Source: Deferribacterales bacterium (lineage in GTDB: Bacteria > Chrysiogenota > Deferribacteres > Deferribacterales > Geovibrionaceae). Taken from it: a stretch of 64,000 nt of DNA. The translations under genes and the position numbers were made by a program. Below are positions 39,150 to 48,807 of the stretch, piece after piece. The stretch lies in NCBI GenBank assembly GCA_050253335.1, contig JBFWJG010000005.1, positions 1,585 to 65,584 on the forward strand, written 5' to 3'. The notes below the pieces were generated by a model. The model was given only the letters and a program-made list of their open reading frames with translations. It did not search any database and was not told where the DNA came from. Within the stretch, counting starts at the first letter, position 1. Every line of letters starts with the position of its first letter.

Positions 39150-41063
39150 ATGCATTTGGAGGTCTTGATACTTCTCGGGCCGTTGGTTGCTTTTCTTATC
39201 AACGGTCTGTTCGGAAGGCTCTACATCAAAAATAACGCGCACTTCGTCGCGATTGCGGGTGTCGGTCTTTCATGGATTGTGTCAATCATCACTTTTTTCA
39301 GAGTGATGGGCGGGCACAGTGTGGATGCCACCCTATATAACTGGGTTGTTGCGGGCAAATACAGTGTTCCCTTCGGAATACTTGTGGATCCGCTTACTGC
39401 GATAATGCTCATAGTAGTAACCACCGTCAGCACGATGGTGCACATCTACTCCATGGGCTATATGCATGACGACGAGGGATACTGGAGATTCTTTACTTAT
39501 CTTTCAGTGTTCACCTTCTCAATGCTCATTCTTGTTATGGGGAACAACTTCCTCATGCTTTTCGTGGGCTGGGAGCTTGTGGGTCTTTCTTCTTACCTGC
39601 TTATCGGCTTCTGGTTCTATAAAAAGAGCGCTGCTGACGCATGTAAGAAAGCTTTCGTTATGAACAGAGTGGGCGACTTCGGTTTCTATATCGGTCTCCT
39701 GCTTGTTATAATCACATTCAAAGGTCTTAACTACAGCGATGCTTTCCAGTATGAGTCTATTCAGGCGATAAAAGCCAGCACATACACTGTGTTCGGCATG
39801 CAGTTCAGCCTGATAGACCTTATGACGCTCGGCCTCTTCTGCGGTGCTATGGGTAAATCTGCCCAGTTCCCGCTGCATACTTGGCTTCCCGACGCGATGG
39901 AAGGCCCCACACCCGTTTCGGCACTTATCCACGCCGCAACGATGGTTACCGCAGGGGTTTACATGGTTGCACGCTGCAACGCTCTGTTCTCCGAAGCGCA
40001 CATAACCAGCATGGTTGTTGTGTATGTCGGTATGTTCACAGCGTTTCTGGGCGCCACAATCGGTCTTACCCAGTACGACCTTAAACGCATACTTGCGTAC
40101 TCAACAGTGTCTCAGCTTGGCTACATGATTATGGCCACAGGTGTGGGCGCTTATGTTGCGGGTATATTCCACCTGTTTACACACGCTTTCTTCAAGGGTC
40201 TGCTCTTCCTCTGCTCCGGTTCAGTTATGCACGCTATGCACAACGACCTCGACGTGAGAAAGATGGGCGGCCTGAAAAAGAAAATGCCCATTACATACTG
40301 GACTTACCTCATAGGCTGTATCGCCATTGCAGGTATTCCCCCCCTTGCGGGCTTCTGGTCAAAGGATGAGATCCTCGCCATGACCTTCGCAAACGGCCAT
40401 ATGTTCCCTTGGTTCGTGGCCACTGTTGTTGCGGGCATGACGGCTTTCTATATGTTCCGCTCCTTCTTCCTTGTGTTTGAGGGAACGCCCAGAAACCAGC
40501 ATATGCACGACCACGCACACGAATCCCCCGCTACGATGACAGGTCCCCTTGTGTTCCTTGCCATCCTTTCGGTTCTCGCGGGCGCAGTATTCGGCTATCC
40601 GCTGGAAAACGGCTTCATACACCACTTCCTCGGGCCGGTGCTTACACCTGAGGGAGCGCATCCGCACCACCTTGAGCATTCAACGGCGCTTATGCTGATG
40701 ATACTCTCCATAGTGGTTGCTGCTGCGGGCATATTCATAAGCTGGCTGTACTACATTAAAGTTCCCTCACTGCCGGGAAAAACTGTCAAGGCATTCAAGC
40801 CCGTTCATACCTTCTTCTACAACAAGTGGTTCTTTGACGAGCTTTATGACGCGATTATCGTTTTCCCTATAGTGACAATTTCCAGATTCCTCTGGAGAGG
40901 CTTTGACGTAAACGTAATAGACTTCACCGTAAACGCATTCGGCAAGGTGCCGATGTTCCTCGGCGGAGTGGCAAGACACCTTCAGACTGGACGCATGCAG
41001 ACATACATCTTCACGATGGTTGTGGGCGTGATAGTTCTGTTCACAATATTCTACACGGTATAA
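39150..41063 (+). CDS. nuoL: NADH-quinone oxidoreductase subunit L
   Basis: GKSAQFPLHTWLPDAMEGPTPVSALIHAATMV, HAFFK. Confidence 0.97.
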   Translation: MHLEVLILLGPLVAFLINGLFGRLYIKNNAHFVAIAGVGLSWIVSIITFFRVMGGHSVDATLYNWVVAGKYSVPFGILVDPLTAIMLIVVTTVSTMVHIYSMGYMHDDEGYWRFFTYLSVFTFSMLILVMGNNFLMLFVGWELVGLSSYLLIGFWFYKKSAADACKKAFVMNRVGDFGFYIGLLLVIITFKGLNYSDAFQYESIQAIKASTYTVFGMQFSLIDLMTLGLFCGAMGKSAQFPLHTWLPDAMEGPTPVSALIHAATMVTAGVYMVARCNALFSEAHITSMVVVYVGMFTAFLGATIGLTQYDLKRILAYSTVSQLGYMIMATGVGAYVAGIFHLFTHAFFKGLLFLCSGSVMHAMHNDLDVRKMGGLKKKMPITYWTYLIGCIAIAGIPPLAGFWSKDEILAMTFANGHMFPWFVATVVAGMTAFYMFRSFFLVFEGTPRNQHMHDHAHESPATMTGPLVFLAILSVLAGAVFGYPLENGFIHHFLGPVLTPEGAHPHHLEHSTALMLMILSIVVAAAGIFISWLYYIKVPSLPGKTVKAFKPVHTFFYNKWFFDELYDAIIVFPIVTISRFLWRGFDVNVIDFTVNAFGKVPMFLGGVARHLQTGRMQTYIFTMVVGVIVLFTIFYTV

Positions 41064-41077
41064 GGGGGAGTTAAGAG

Positions 41078-42577
41078 ATGATGGAAAACATCCTTTCAAT
41101 ACTGATTTTCTTCCCGCTGGTTGCCGCTTTTGTCATCTTTCTGTTCTTCAGAGGCGGTAAAACCACAATGTGGGCGACTTTCATCGCCACAATTATTGAG
41201 TTCATCCTCACTATACCGCTGATGACCTCATTTGATAAGACGACGGCAGCAATGCAGTTTGTTGAAAAGGCAGACTGGATTCCCGCTCTGGGGATTCAGT
41301 ATTATGTAGGGGTTGACGGAATATCGATACTCATGATCTTCCTGACCACCCTGCTTACGGCGATTGCGGTTCTCGGCTCCTTCACCTATATCCAGAAGCG
41401 CCAGAGAGAGTTCTATCTCTCCCTGCTTGTACTGGAAACAGGGATGGTCGGCGTGTTCCTCGCCCTTGACTTCTTCCTTTTCTACATCTTCTGGGAAGCG
41501 ATGCTCATACCCATGTACCTTATAATAGGTGTCTGGGGCGGCAAAAGAAGAATCTATGCCGCGGTCAAGTTCTTCCTTTACACCCTTGCGGGTTCAGTGC
41601 TTATGATGCTTGCAATCATAGCCCTGTTCTTCAAGCACGGCGAGATTACAGGAGTCTACACTTTCGATATTATGGCAATCACCGCTCAGGCTGTTAAGTA
41701 CACAGCGGGATTCCAGACTATCATATTCCTTGCCTTCTTCCTCGGCTTCGCCATCAAGGTTCCCATGTTCCCGGTTCATACATGGCTTCCCGATGCGCAC
41801 GTTGAGGCGCCCACTGCGGGTTCGGTTATACTTGCGGGCGTACTGCTTAAAATGGGTACATACGGTTTCCTGAGGTTCTGCCTCCCCATCACTCCGGCGG
41901 CTTCCATAAGCTTCATGCCCTTTGTCGCGATCCTTTCCGTGATTGCGATTGTATACGGCGCGCTGGTTGCGATGGTGCAGAGCGATGTTAAAAAACTTGT
42001 CGCCTACTCCTCAGTGAGCCACATGGGTTTTGTTACTCTCGGTATCTACGCCATAAATCAGGCTGGCATCGAGGGCGGTATTCTCCAGATGTTCAACCAC
42101 GGTATAATAACAGGCGCGCTGTTCCTTCTGATCGGCGCTATATATGAAAGAACCCACACAAGGGAGATTTCGGAATACGGCGGTATCGCTGCAAGCGTAC
42201 CTATGTTCGCCACAATCTTCCTTATATTCACAATGGGTTCCATCGGTCTCCCCGGCATGGGCGCGTTCATCGGCGAGTTCCTTGTTCTTGTGGGCGCGTT
42301 CGAGGCTTTCAGCGACTACGCGATAATAGCCGCCAGCGGCGTTATCTTCGCCGCGGTCTACATGCTCTGGATGTACCAGAGAGTACTGTATGAAAGCCTT
42401 AATAAACGTTGGGAAAACCTCAAAGACATGAACCTCAGAGAGATAATCTATATTATGCCTCTCTTGATCATTGTTTTCTGGGTGGGTATATACCCTGAAA
42501 CTTTCACATCCTATATGCACGAAAGCGTGAAACACCTTGTTGAACAGGTATTCAGCGCCGGCGTGGCGATGAAATAA
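41078..42577 (+). CDS. nuoM: NADH-quinone oxidoreductase subunit M
   Basis: FWEAMLIP, IKVPMFPVHTWLPDAHVEAP, LAGVLLKMG. Confidence 0.97.
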   Translation: MMENILSILIFFPLVAAFVIFLFFRGGKTTMWATFIATIIEFILTIPLMTSFDKTTAAMQFVEKADWIPALGIQYYVGVDGISILMIFLTTLLTAIAVLGSFTYIQKRQREFYLSLLVLETGMVGVFLALDFFLFYIFWEAMLIPMYLIIGVWGGKRRIYAAVKFFLYTLAGSVLMMLAIIALFFKHGEITGVYTFDIMAITAQAVKYTAGFQTIIFLAFFLGFAIKVPMFPVHTWLPDAHVEAPTAGSVILAGVLLKMGTYGFLRFCLPITPAASISFMPFVAILSVIAIVYGALVAMVQSDVKKLVAYSSVSHMGFVTLGIYAINQAGIEGGILQMFNHGIITGALFLLIGAIYERTHTREISEYGGIAASVPMFATIFLIFTMGSIGLPGMGAFIGEFLVLVGAFEAFSDYAIIAASGVIFAAVYMLWMYQRVLYESLNKRWENLKDMNLREIIYIMPLLIIVFWVGIYPETFTSYMHESVKHLVEQVFSAGVAMK

Positions 42578-42585
42578 GGAGGCTG

Positions 42586-44016
42586 ATGATGACACCGCAG
42601 TTATTTAATGACATCATCACGGTTTACCCCGAAATTCTGATGACGATATTTGCACTTACACTTATCGTCATAGATGTGGTTGCGGGTGATAAAATGAAGG
42701 CCAGCGTAGGCTACTTCGGCATAGCATTTGTCGCGATAGTGGCTCTGCTCTGCCCCGCCGGACCTTTTATCGGCTTCAGCAACATGCTTATATGGGACAA
42801 CTTCAGCTATGTTTTCTTCCTTATATTCGCTATGGCTTATACCCTGACTACATTGGGCTCCATCGAGTATCTGAAAGATAAAAACATGCTCAAAGGCGAA
42901 ATATACATAGTTATGTTCTTCAGCCTGATCGGCATGATGTTCATGGTAAGCGCAAATGACCTTACCATCTTCTATGTCGGTCTGGAGACAATGGCTATCT
43001 CCATGTATGTTCTCGCAGGTTTCAACAAGCACTGCCTGAAGTCAAATGAAGCAGGCGTTAAGTATTTCCTTATGGGCGCATTCTCCTCAGGTCTTTTCCT
43101 GTACGGGCTTACGTTCATTTACGGACTCACAGGAAGCCTTACCTACACCGATATAGCCGCGGCTCTTCAGGGGCACAGCGGTTCGCTCGGAATCAAGTTC
43201 GGCCTTCTGCTTATGCTTGTGGGCTTCGCGTTTAAAATATCCGCAGTTCCCTTCCATATGTGGGCTCCGGATGTTTACACAGGCTCACCCACTCCTATCG
43301 CGGGCTTTATGACTGTTGCTCCCAAGGCTGCTGCCTTCGGCGCGCTGATCCGCTTCACATGGGTAGCCATCGCCCCCGCTTCCGAACAGTGGACGCTTTT
43401 CTTCACTATCCTCGCCGTTCTCACTATGACATACGGCAACCTTGTTGCTCTCGCGCAGGAGAATGTGAAGAGAATGCTTGCCTACTCAGCCATAGCTCAT
43501 GCGGGCTACATGCTGATAGGCCTTGTCACCATGACTCCGGAAGGGATCAGGGCAATCACGATCTACATGCTGATCTACAGCTTTATGAACATAGGCGCTT
43601 TCACTGTTATCGGTCTGCTCAAAAACAAAGGCATGATAGACGATGAAAGAATAGAGAGCTTCGCCGGTCTTTCCAAAAAGAACCCGCTTGTTGCTCTTGC
43701 CATGCTGCTTTTCATGTTCTCTCTGGCGGGAATACCTCCGCTTGCGGGATTCGTGGGCAAGTTCTATATCTTTATCGCAGCCATCAAAGCTGAGGTATAC
43801 TGGCTTGCCATAGTGGGCGTTCTTAACAGTGCCCTTGCCTGCTACTACTATATGCGTGTGACAATATACATGTATTTCAAAGAGCCGGAATACGAAACAG
43901 AGCTTACGCTTAAAGCACCCAGCTTCATCGCCACTTTTATAGCGGCTGTGCTTGTGGTTCTGGTTGGTTTCTTCCCCTCTTTCTTCGTAAATCTCGTAAG
44001 CTCGCTTACGGTGTAA
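42586..44016 (+). CDS. nuoN: NADH-quinone oxidoreductase subunit N
   Basis: EAGVKYF, FKISAVPFHMWAPDVY, KRMLAYSAIAH. Confidence 0.97.
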   Translation: MMTPQLFNDIITVYPEILMTIFALTLIVIDVVAGDKMKASVGYFGIAFVAIVALLCPAGPFIGFSNMLIWDNFSYVFFLIFAMAYTLTTLGSIEYLKDKNMLKGEIYIVMFFSLIGMMFMVSANDLTIFYVGLETMAISMYVLAGFNKHCLKSNEAGVKYFLMGAFSSGLFLYGLTFIYGLTGSLTYTDIAAALQGHSGSLGIKFGLLLMLVGFAFKISAVPFHMWAPDVYTGSPTPIAGFMTVAPKAAAFGALIRFTWVAIAPASEQWTLFFTILAVLTMTYGNLVALAQENVKRMLAYSAIAHAGYMLIGLVTMTPEGIRAITIYMLIYSFMNIGAFTVIGLLKNKGMIDDERIESFAGLSKKNPLVALAMLLFMFSLAGIPPLAGFVGKFYIFIAAIKAEVYWLAIVGVLNSALACYYYMRVTIYMYFKEPEYETELTLKAPSFIATFIAAVLVVLVGFFPSFFVNLVSSLTV

Positions 44017-44025
44017 CGGGGTAAA

Positions 44026-44490
44026 ATGATGGATGCATCTGTAAGAAAAGCGCTTGAAGAGGCAAAAGAAAAGAAAGCACTGTCCTATGAATTTTATGAC
44101 AAGCTGCTTAAAGTCGTGAGTGATCTCAGCACCAAGGAACTTATAAAAGATCTTATGGAGCAGAAGAAAAAGCATGTTGAGATCATTAAGCATGCGCTTG
44201 AGACAGGTTCGCTGGAAAACCTCGGTCTTGATGTAAGCTGCCGCTGGAAAGGTCTTGGGATCGGCCAGGGTGTGAAGCCTGAGGTGGTCACCGGCGAGCT
44301 TACGGTTCAGGATGTGCTTCTGATAGCCATCAGATACGAAGATAACTCTGTGAAGTACTATGAAGATCTTTCTGAAAAGTTTAAGGGAACCCCCGCAGGG
44401 GAGGTTTTCTTTAAGCTGGCAAGCGATGAGGCATGTCACAGAAACGATGTTCAGCGCATGTATGACGACATAGTAAATCTTGAGAATTAA
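44026..44490 (+). CDS. Ferritin-like (rubrerythrin-type) protein at the end of the nuo operon
   Basis: AIRYEDNSVKYY ... DEACH helix pair; starts 9 nt after nuoN. Confidence 0.8.
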   Translation: MMDASVRKALEEAKEKKALSYEFYDKLLKVVSDLSTKELIKDLMEQKKKHVEIIKHALETGSLENLGLDVSCRWKGLGIGQGVKPEVVTGELTVQDVLLIAIRYEDNSVKYYEDLSEKFKGTPAGEVFFKLASDEACHRNDVQRMYDDIVNLEN

Positions 44491-44520
44491 GAAGGCGGCA
44501 GTACTGTTGTCTTTATACCT

Positions 44521-44547
44521 GGCGGGGGCTGATGCTCCCGCCTTTTT
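44521..44547 (+). terminator. Intrinsic terminator of the nuo operon
   Basis: GGCGGG..CCCGCC stem followed by TTTTT; a weaker G-U-rich hairpin at 44491-44514 precedes it. Confidence 0.8.
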
Positions 44548-44558
44548 CATTTTACGGT

Positions 44559-45018
44559 AAAAATTTACCATCCATGGAAATTTTTACACACGCTCGCGGT
44601 CTGCAAAGCAGACCTTCGCTACGCACGGCGTGCTCCCTTCCATGGCAGCATGTTTATAAGCTGCTTGCTGCTCTGGTTACGCTTGCGTTCCTCGCGTTCG
44701 CTGCGGTACGCGCTCCACGGGCAACATCCATGTGCCTGTTATTCGGCTTCGCTCCGCACGGCGCAGTATCTGTCTTTCCGCTCCAAAAACTACATCCTGT
44801 GTTTTTTCCGCACACGCTCGCGCCGAAGCAAGTTCGGCTTCGCTCCGCACGACGCAGTTCCGTCCATGGAACTGTTTATGTCATTCTGAGCGTCAGCGAA
44901 GAATCTCTTATTTATAAATAGTTCAGAAACGGCACATCCTGTCCGTTTCCTCACACGCTCGCGCCGAAGCAAGTTCGGCTTCGCTTCGCACGGCGCAGTT
45001 CCATCCATGGAACTGTTT
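44559..45018 (-). repeat. Modular palindromic repeat cluster A (7 GGA-loop hairpins)
   Basis: Units at 44559-44650, 44785-44877 and 44926-45018, a partial unit at 44741-44767, a diverged unit at 44651-44740 and a 28-nt module at 44880-44907; 44811-44877 and 44952-45018 differ at 3 of 67 positions. Confidence 0.92.
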
Positions 45019-45049
45019 GCGTCCAAAGGAAAGAAGAAGGAATTAATAA

Positions 45050-45700
45050 TTACCCCTCAACCAGCCCCTTTTCCGTGAGGAACATTTTGCGTGCGCCGAC
45101 TTTCTCGATGAAATCAGTATCGTGAGAAACTATCAGCATTGTTTTGTCGATTCCGCGGAGAATTTCAGCAAGCTTATCTGCGCTTTTTTCATCCAGCGCC
45201 GCTGAGGGCTCGTCGAGAAGAAGTATTTCCGGCTTCATGACAAGGACAGAAGCGAGAGCCACCATTTTCTTTTCCCCTCCTGAAAGGTGAAGAGTTATGC
45301 GGTCACGCAGATGAACTATATGCAGTTCACTAAGCATGGCTTCTGCCTTTGCGGCGGCGTCAGCCTGCTTCATGCCTTCATTGAGAAGACCGAAGGCAAC
45401 CTCTTCTATCACTGTCGGGGCTATTATCTGATCATCCGGATCCTGAAAAAGGAAGCCTATCTTTCGCCTTGCATCCGCGAAATCCTTTTCTGTTTCAAGT
45501 TTTTTATGGTGAATCTCGAAATGGCCGCCGCATGTTCCGCCCAAGCCCACTATCGCCTTGAGAAGCGTGGTCTTTCCAGCGCCGTTAGGCCCGAGGACTG
45601 CTATTTTATCCTTATGGGTAAGATTTATTGAAACGTTTTCAAAGAGAATTCTGTCTGCTGTGCGGCAAGATATGTTTTTCAGAGAAAGTGTACAGCTCAT
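45050..45700 (-). CDS. cbiO: ECF/ABC transporter ATPase (CbiO/NikO)
   Basis: GPNGAGKTT, FQDPDDQ, LSGGEKK, LLDEP. Confidence 0.9.
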   Translation of the reverse strand: MSCTLSLKNISCRTADRILFENVSINLTHKDKIAVLGPNGAGKTTLLKAIVGLGGTCGGHFEIHHKKLETEKDFADARRKIGFLFQDPDDQIIAPTVIEEVAFGLLNEGMKQADAAAKAEAMLSELHIVHLRDRITLHLSGGEKKMVALASVLVMKPEILLLDEPSAALDEKSADKLAEILRGIDKTMLIVSHDTDFIEKVGARKMFLTEKGLVEG

Positions 45701-46353
45701 AAAACCTGCCTGATAATGAGCGCTGTCTGGATTATGAGCACAGCCGCCAGAAAGCCGTCAGCTATGCACAGAGGGCGGGCGTTAAACGGATATAGTTTGC
45801 CCTTAAATCCCCTAAGCTGCATTGCGTGATGCAGAGATTTTGCCTTTTCCATGCTTTTTACGAACAGCATACCCACCAGATACCCGAATGTTTTGTAAGT
45901 GAACAGGTTAGTTTTCGGATTAAAGCACCGTATCCTGAGTGAGTCACGCATTTTTTTATATTCCGAGCCCAAAATCTCAATGTATTTTATAACAAAGAAT
46001 AAAAGTACCGTAAACCTGTCAGGGAATTTCAGCCCGCTGAACCCGTAATAAATGCCCATTGCTCCGTGAGGGGCGAAAAGAAGAAGATTAGCGCTGAGGA
46101 TTAGGTTTGCCCTCAGAAAAATAAGCAGAGCGTATGATGTGTCACGATGAAAAATGAGAACTGTGGCACATATGAAAAGTATCACAAGGTTAAGCCTAAG
46201 CAGACGGAGAAAGGGTCTGAAAGCGGATTTTAACGACACGGCCGCCAAAAACAGAGCAAAAACAGCGTCATATGCATTTATTTCTGTCCTGAACGCTATC
46301 AGCAGTGAGTAAATGACTGCGGCTGCAATTGAAGCAGCAGGCGAAAATTTCAT
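45697..46353 (-). CDS. cbiQ: ECF transporter T component (CbiQ/NikQ)
   Basis: LRIRCF and MQLRGF Arg motifs; hydrophobic. Confidence 0.88.
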   Translation of the reverse strand: MKFSPAASIAAAVIYSLLIAFRTEINAYDAVFALFLAAVSLKSAFRPFLRLLRLNLVILFICATVLIFHRDTSYALLIFLRANLILSANLLLFAPHGAMGIYYGFSGLKFPDRFTVLLFFVIKYIEILGSEYKKMRDSLRIRCFNPKTNLFTYKTFGYLVGMLFVKSMEKAKSLHHAMQLRGFKGKLYPFNARPLCIADGFLAAVLIIQTALIIRQVL

Positions 46354-46868
46354 TTTTTCCTGAAAAGTAAGAAAAGTCCGAAGATTCCGAAGAGGTAGCC
46401 TATCCCGGCTATTATCTTATCAGTGTCTGAACGCCCCTTGTCTATGGCGGCCTGAATCTCAAGAGTCTGCCTGGAGAGTTCCTGACGGATTACGGAACGC
46501 AGAGAATCTGCATCAGCGGCTGTCAGTGCTTCTGCGCCAGAGGATGCTTCAGCGGTTTCAGAGGGCGCTTCAGTCGCAACTTCCGTTTTGGCGAAGTGCC
46601 CCATGCCTGCATCAACATTAACGAAGAATGATGACGGCAGCTCACCGCTAAGCACTGCTTCCCCGCCTTCGCTGAGTTTTCCGCTGAACAGAACATGGCC
46701 GTCCGCAGATGTGACGGTATACCCGCAGCTTTTGCAGTAGGTTCCGTCCGCAAAGTAGGAGGTGATGCTCAGGGTTCCCTCCTCATTGAAGGCAAGGACG
46801 TTCAGCTTGTGAGCGTAAACAGGTGAAAGTATCGAAAAAAAGAGTAAAAAAGTAAAAAAACTTTTCAT
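46350..46868 (-). CDS. Accessory exported/membrane component of the Ni/Co ECF transporter
   Basis: Signal peptide then AHKLNV, DAGMGH, C-terminal TM GIGYLFGIFGL. Confidence 0.75.
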   Translation of the reverse strand: MKSFFTFLLFFSILSPVYAHKLNVLAFNEEGTLSITSYFADGTYCKSCGYTVTSADGHVLFSGKLSEGGEAVLSGELPSSFFVNVDAGMGHFAKTEVATEAPSETAEASSGAEALTAADADSLRSVIRQELSRQTLEIQAAIDKGRSDTDKIIAGIGYLFGIFGLFLLFRKK

Positions 46869-46875
46869 TTTAGCC

Positions 46876-47472
46876 TCATTTGTCAAGCAATGAAGGATAA
46901 ACCTTCAGGATGAATCTTAATATAAAAACTGTGGCTGTCCCTTCAATCAGCATGACGGGTAAATGCGCCAGAAAAATAGCCTGTGCCGCCTGAAACAGCT
47001 TGTCACCGCTGAGAAAAAGCATGAATGCAACCAGAAGGCTTGAAAGAGCCACGGGTACGAAGCCTGTAAGAAAAAACAGAAACGTTCTGAGGATGCCATC
47101 AGCCGATGCAGCTTTTCTGAAAATGAAAAAAGCGCATACAGCGGGGAACGCAGCGTCAAATGTATTTACTCCCAGTGTCGTTATGCCGCCGAACTGAAAG
47201 AGAAGCCCCTGAAGCAGAAGCGCCATGAATATTGCGGGAAAGGCCGCAAAACCGAGCACAGCGCCTACCAGTCCGTTCAGAAGCAGATGAACACTTGAGG
47301 GACCTAAGGGCACGTGTATGAAGGAACCGACAAAAAACAGGCTGGACATCAGCGCTGTTTTCGTCAGCAGTTCATCCTTCATTTCGCGAAAGCCGTAAAC
47401 GAGAAATCCAATCGAGGCGGCCGCCCCTGCGCCAAGCACAGGAGCGGAAAGAACGCCTTCGGAAATGTGCAT
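46876..47472 (-). CDS. cbiM: ECF S component CbiM/NikM
   Basis: N-terminal MHISEG metal-binding motif, SVHLLLNG, LLFQFGGITTLG. Confidence 0.92.
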   Translation of the reverse strand: MHISEGVLSAPVLGAGAAASIGFLVYGFREMKDELLTKTALMSSLFFVGSFIHVPLGPSSVHLLLNGLVGAVLGFAAFPAIFMALLLQGLLFQFGGITTLGVNTFDAAFPAVCAFFIFRKAASADGILRTFLFFLTGFVPVALSSLLVAFMLFLSGDKLFQAAQAIFLAHLPVMLIEGTATVFILRFILKVYPSLLDK

Positions 47473-47473
47473 A

Positions 47474-48229
47474 CTAGTCTGCTCCGTAAGTTTTCACCCA
47501 GAAAACAGCGCCAAGCTCAACGGGATATTCTTTGCCTTCGTGTTTGACTGTAACATCGTCTTCAATGAGAGCGGCGAATGCCCACCAGCCTGCAAAGGGC
47601 ATGGAATATGAAAAAACACCGTTGGCGTCTGCCTTGATAACCTGAGTTATGTGTGCGTCTGTGGGGTGTTTAATCTTACTGCCTTTGTTATAAAATTCAA
47701 CCTCAATCTCGGCATTGGGGACTGCTTTGCCTTTATAGATAACCTTGCCAGTGAAGCTGTTTCCTTTCCAGAGGCCGTAGGGGCGTGTGAGAGGCACAAT
47801 TTCCGCTTTAAGGCCGACAGGCGTGTCCCAGCCTTCTTCCATGCCGAAAGCGTTGACTACAGTCTTTGTGATGTGCTGGATGAATACGCCTTCGGCGGGT
47901 TCAAAGTAGTAGTCAGGAGTCACTGTGAAAATATAGTCGCCGGGCTTGGTGAAAGAGTATTTGAAGCCCCATGTTGATTTACCCTGAACCGCAGTCTTTG
48001 TTATTGATTTCATAAGGTCGGTTTTTTTGCCGTCGAAATAGACTGAGACATCTTTCGGCTTAACCATTTCCATGATAGGACCCTGCTCAAACGGATGGGT
48101 GAACTCCATTCCGAAGGAAGCTGTTCTGGAAGCAGGTGTTACAACATCCGCAGAGGGTATAAGGGTCTGAAAATGCGCGAAAGCCGCTGACGCGCAGAAT
48201 ACGAGCAAAACAATAATAAATTTCTTCAT
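47474..48229 (-). CDS. DUF4198 periplasmic metal-transport accessory protein
   Basis: Signal peptide, mature N-terminus HFQ, THPFE, EIVPLTRP. Confidence 0.85.
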   Translation of the reverse strand: MKKFIIVLLVFCASAAFAHFQTLIPSADVVTPASRTASFGMEFTHPFEQGPIMEMVKPKDVSVYFDGKKTDLMKSITKTAVQGKSTWGFKYSFTKPGDYIFTVTPDYYFEPAEGVFIQHITKTVVNAFGMEEGWDTPVGLKAEIVPLTRPYGLWKGNSFTGKVIYKGKAVPNAEIEVEFYNKGSKIKHPTDAHITQVIKADANGVFSYSMPFAGWWAFAALIEDDVTVKHEGKEYPVELGAVFWVKTYGAD

Positions 48230-48239
48230 ACTGATCTCC

Positions 48240-48299
48240 GTGTTACGAATTTAGATCACGGTGTTATCATGGTGGCATAAAAAAGTCAATACGTGTTAT
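48240..48299 (-). promoter_or_regulatory. Promoter of the ECF operon with NikR-like half-sites
   Basis: GTGTTAY at 48240, 48261 and 48293; TTGACT-N17-TAACAC (48289-48261) with a TG extension. Confidence 0.6.
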
Positions 48300-48362
48300 T
48301 GTGACGGAATATGATTTTTGAGCTGCTGCTGCGGATTGGCTGTATTTTAAGTTAAGGATGAG

Positions 48363-48506
48363 ATTCTGAACGTAGTGAAGAATCTGAGACCGCCGTAAAA
48401 TATATGCTGTGTACAGTTCCACGGAGGGAACTGCGTCGTGCGGAGCGAAGGGCGGTTTATCCGCCCGCGAGCGTGTATTCAAAATTTCCATGGACGGGAG
48501 AATTTC
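48363..48506 (+). repeat. Modular palindromic repeat cluster B
   Basis: 23-nt module at 48363-48385 plus one full unit; 48413-48497 matches 53049-53133 at 82 of 85 positions. Confidence 0.92.
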
Positions 48507-48521
48507 GATTATATAAAGCAA

Positions 48522-48552
48522 AAAGGCTTGCTCTTTAGAGGAGCAAGCCTTT
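48522..48552 (-). terminator. Terminator after tRNA-fMet
   Basis: 12-bp stem AAAGGCTTGCTC/GAGCAAGCCTTT. Confidence 0.8.
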
Positions 48553-48565
48553 AAACTGTTCGAAA

Positions 48566-48639
<74 letters not shown>

Positions 48640-48651
48640 CCAAGGATTGCT

Positions 48652-48680
48652 AACATACACGCCGGATCTTTTGTTGTCAA
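48652..48680 (-). promoter_or_regulatory. Promoter of tRNA-fMet
   Basis: TTGACA-N17-TATGTT with a TG extension. Confidence 0.75.
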
Positions 48681-48807
48681 GAATAAATATGAAATTTTTT
48701 TTAAATCTGTCGGTGTTGAAAAATAACAAAGACTATCATAGGATTAATTATGGCTTGCCGAAGGGTTTTGACGGCATGTTCCTTACGAATTTAAAGGGAG
48801 AATTTTC

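Noticed and set aside
44532-45026. ORFs 44532..44921, 44650..44889, 44732..44917, 44790..45026, 53109..53324 and 53241..53438
   Set aside because: They are chance translations of GC-rich palindromic repeats, with no SD and no protein-like composition.
48230-48360. Cobalamin riboswitch upstream of the cbiM-like operon
   Set aside because: No B12-box or GGGAA/GCCACTG core is visible; the region holds promoter and operator-like repeats instead.
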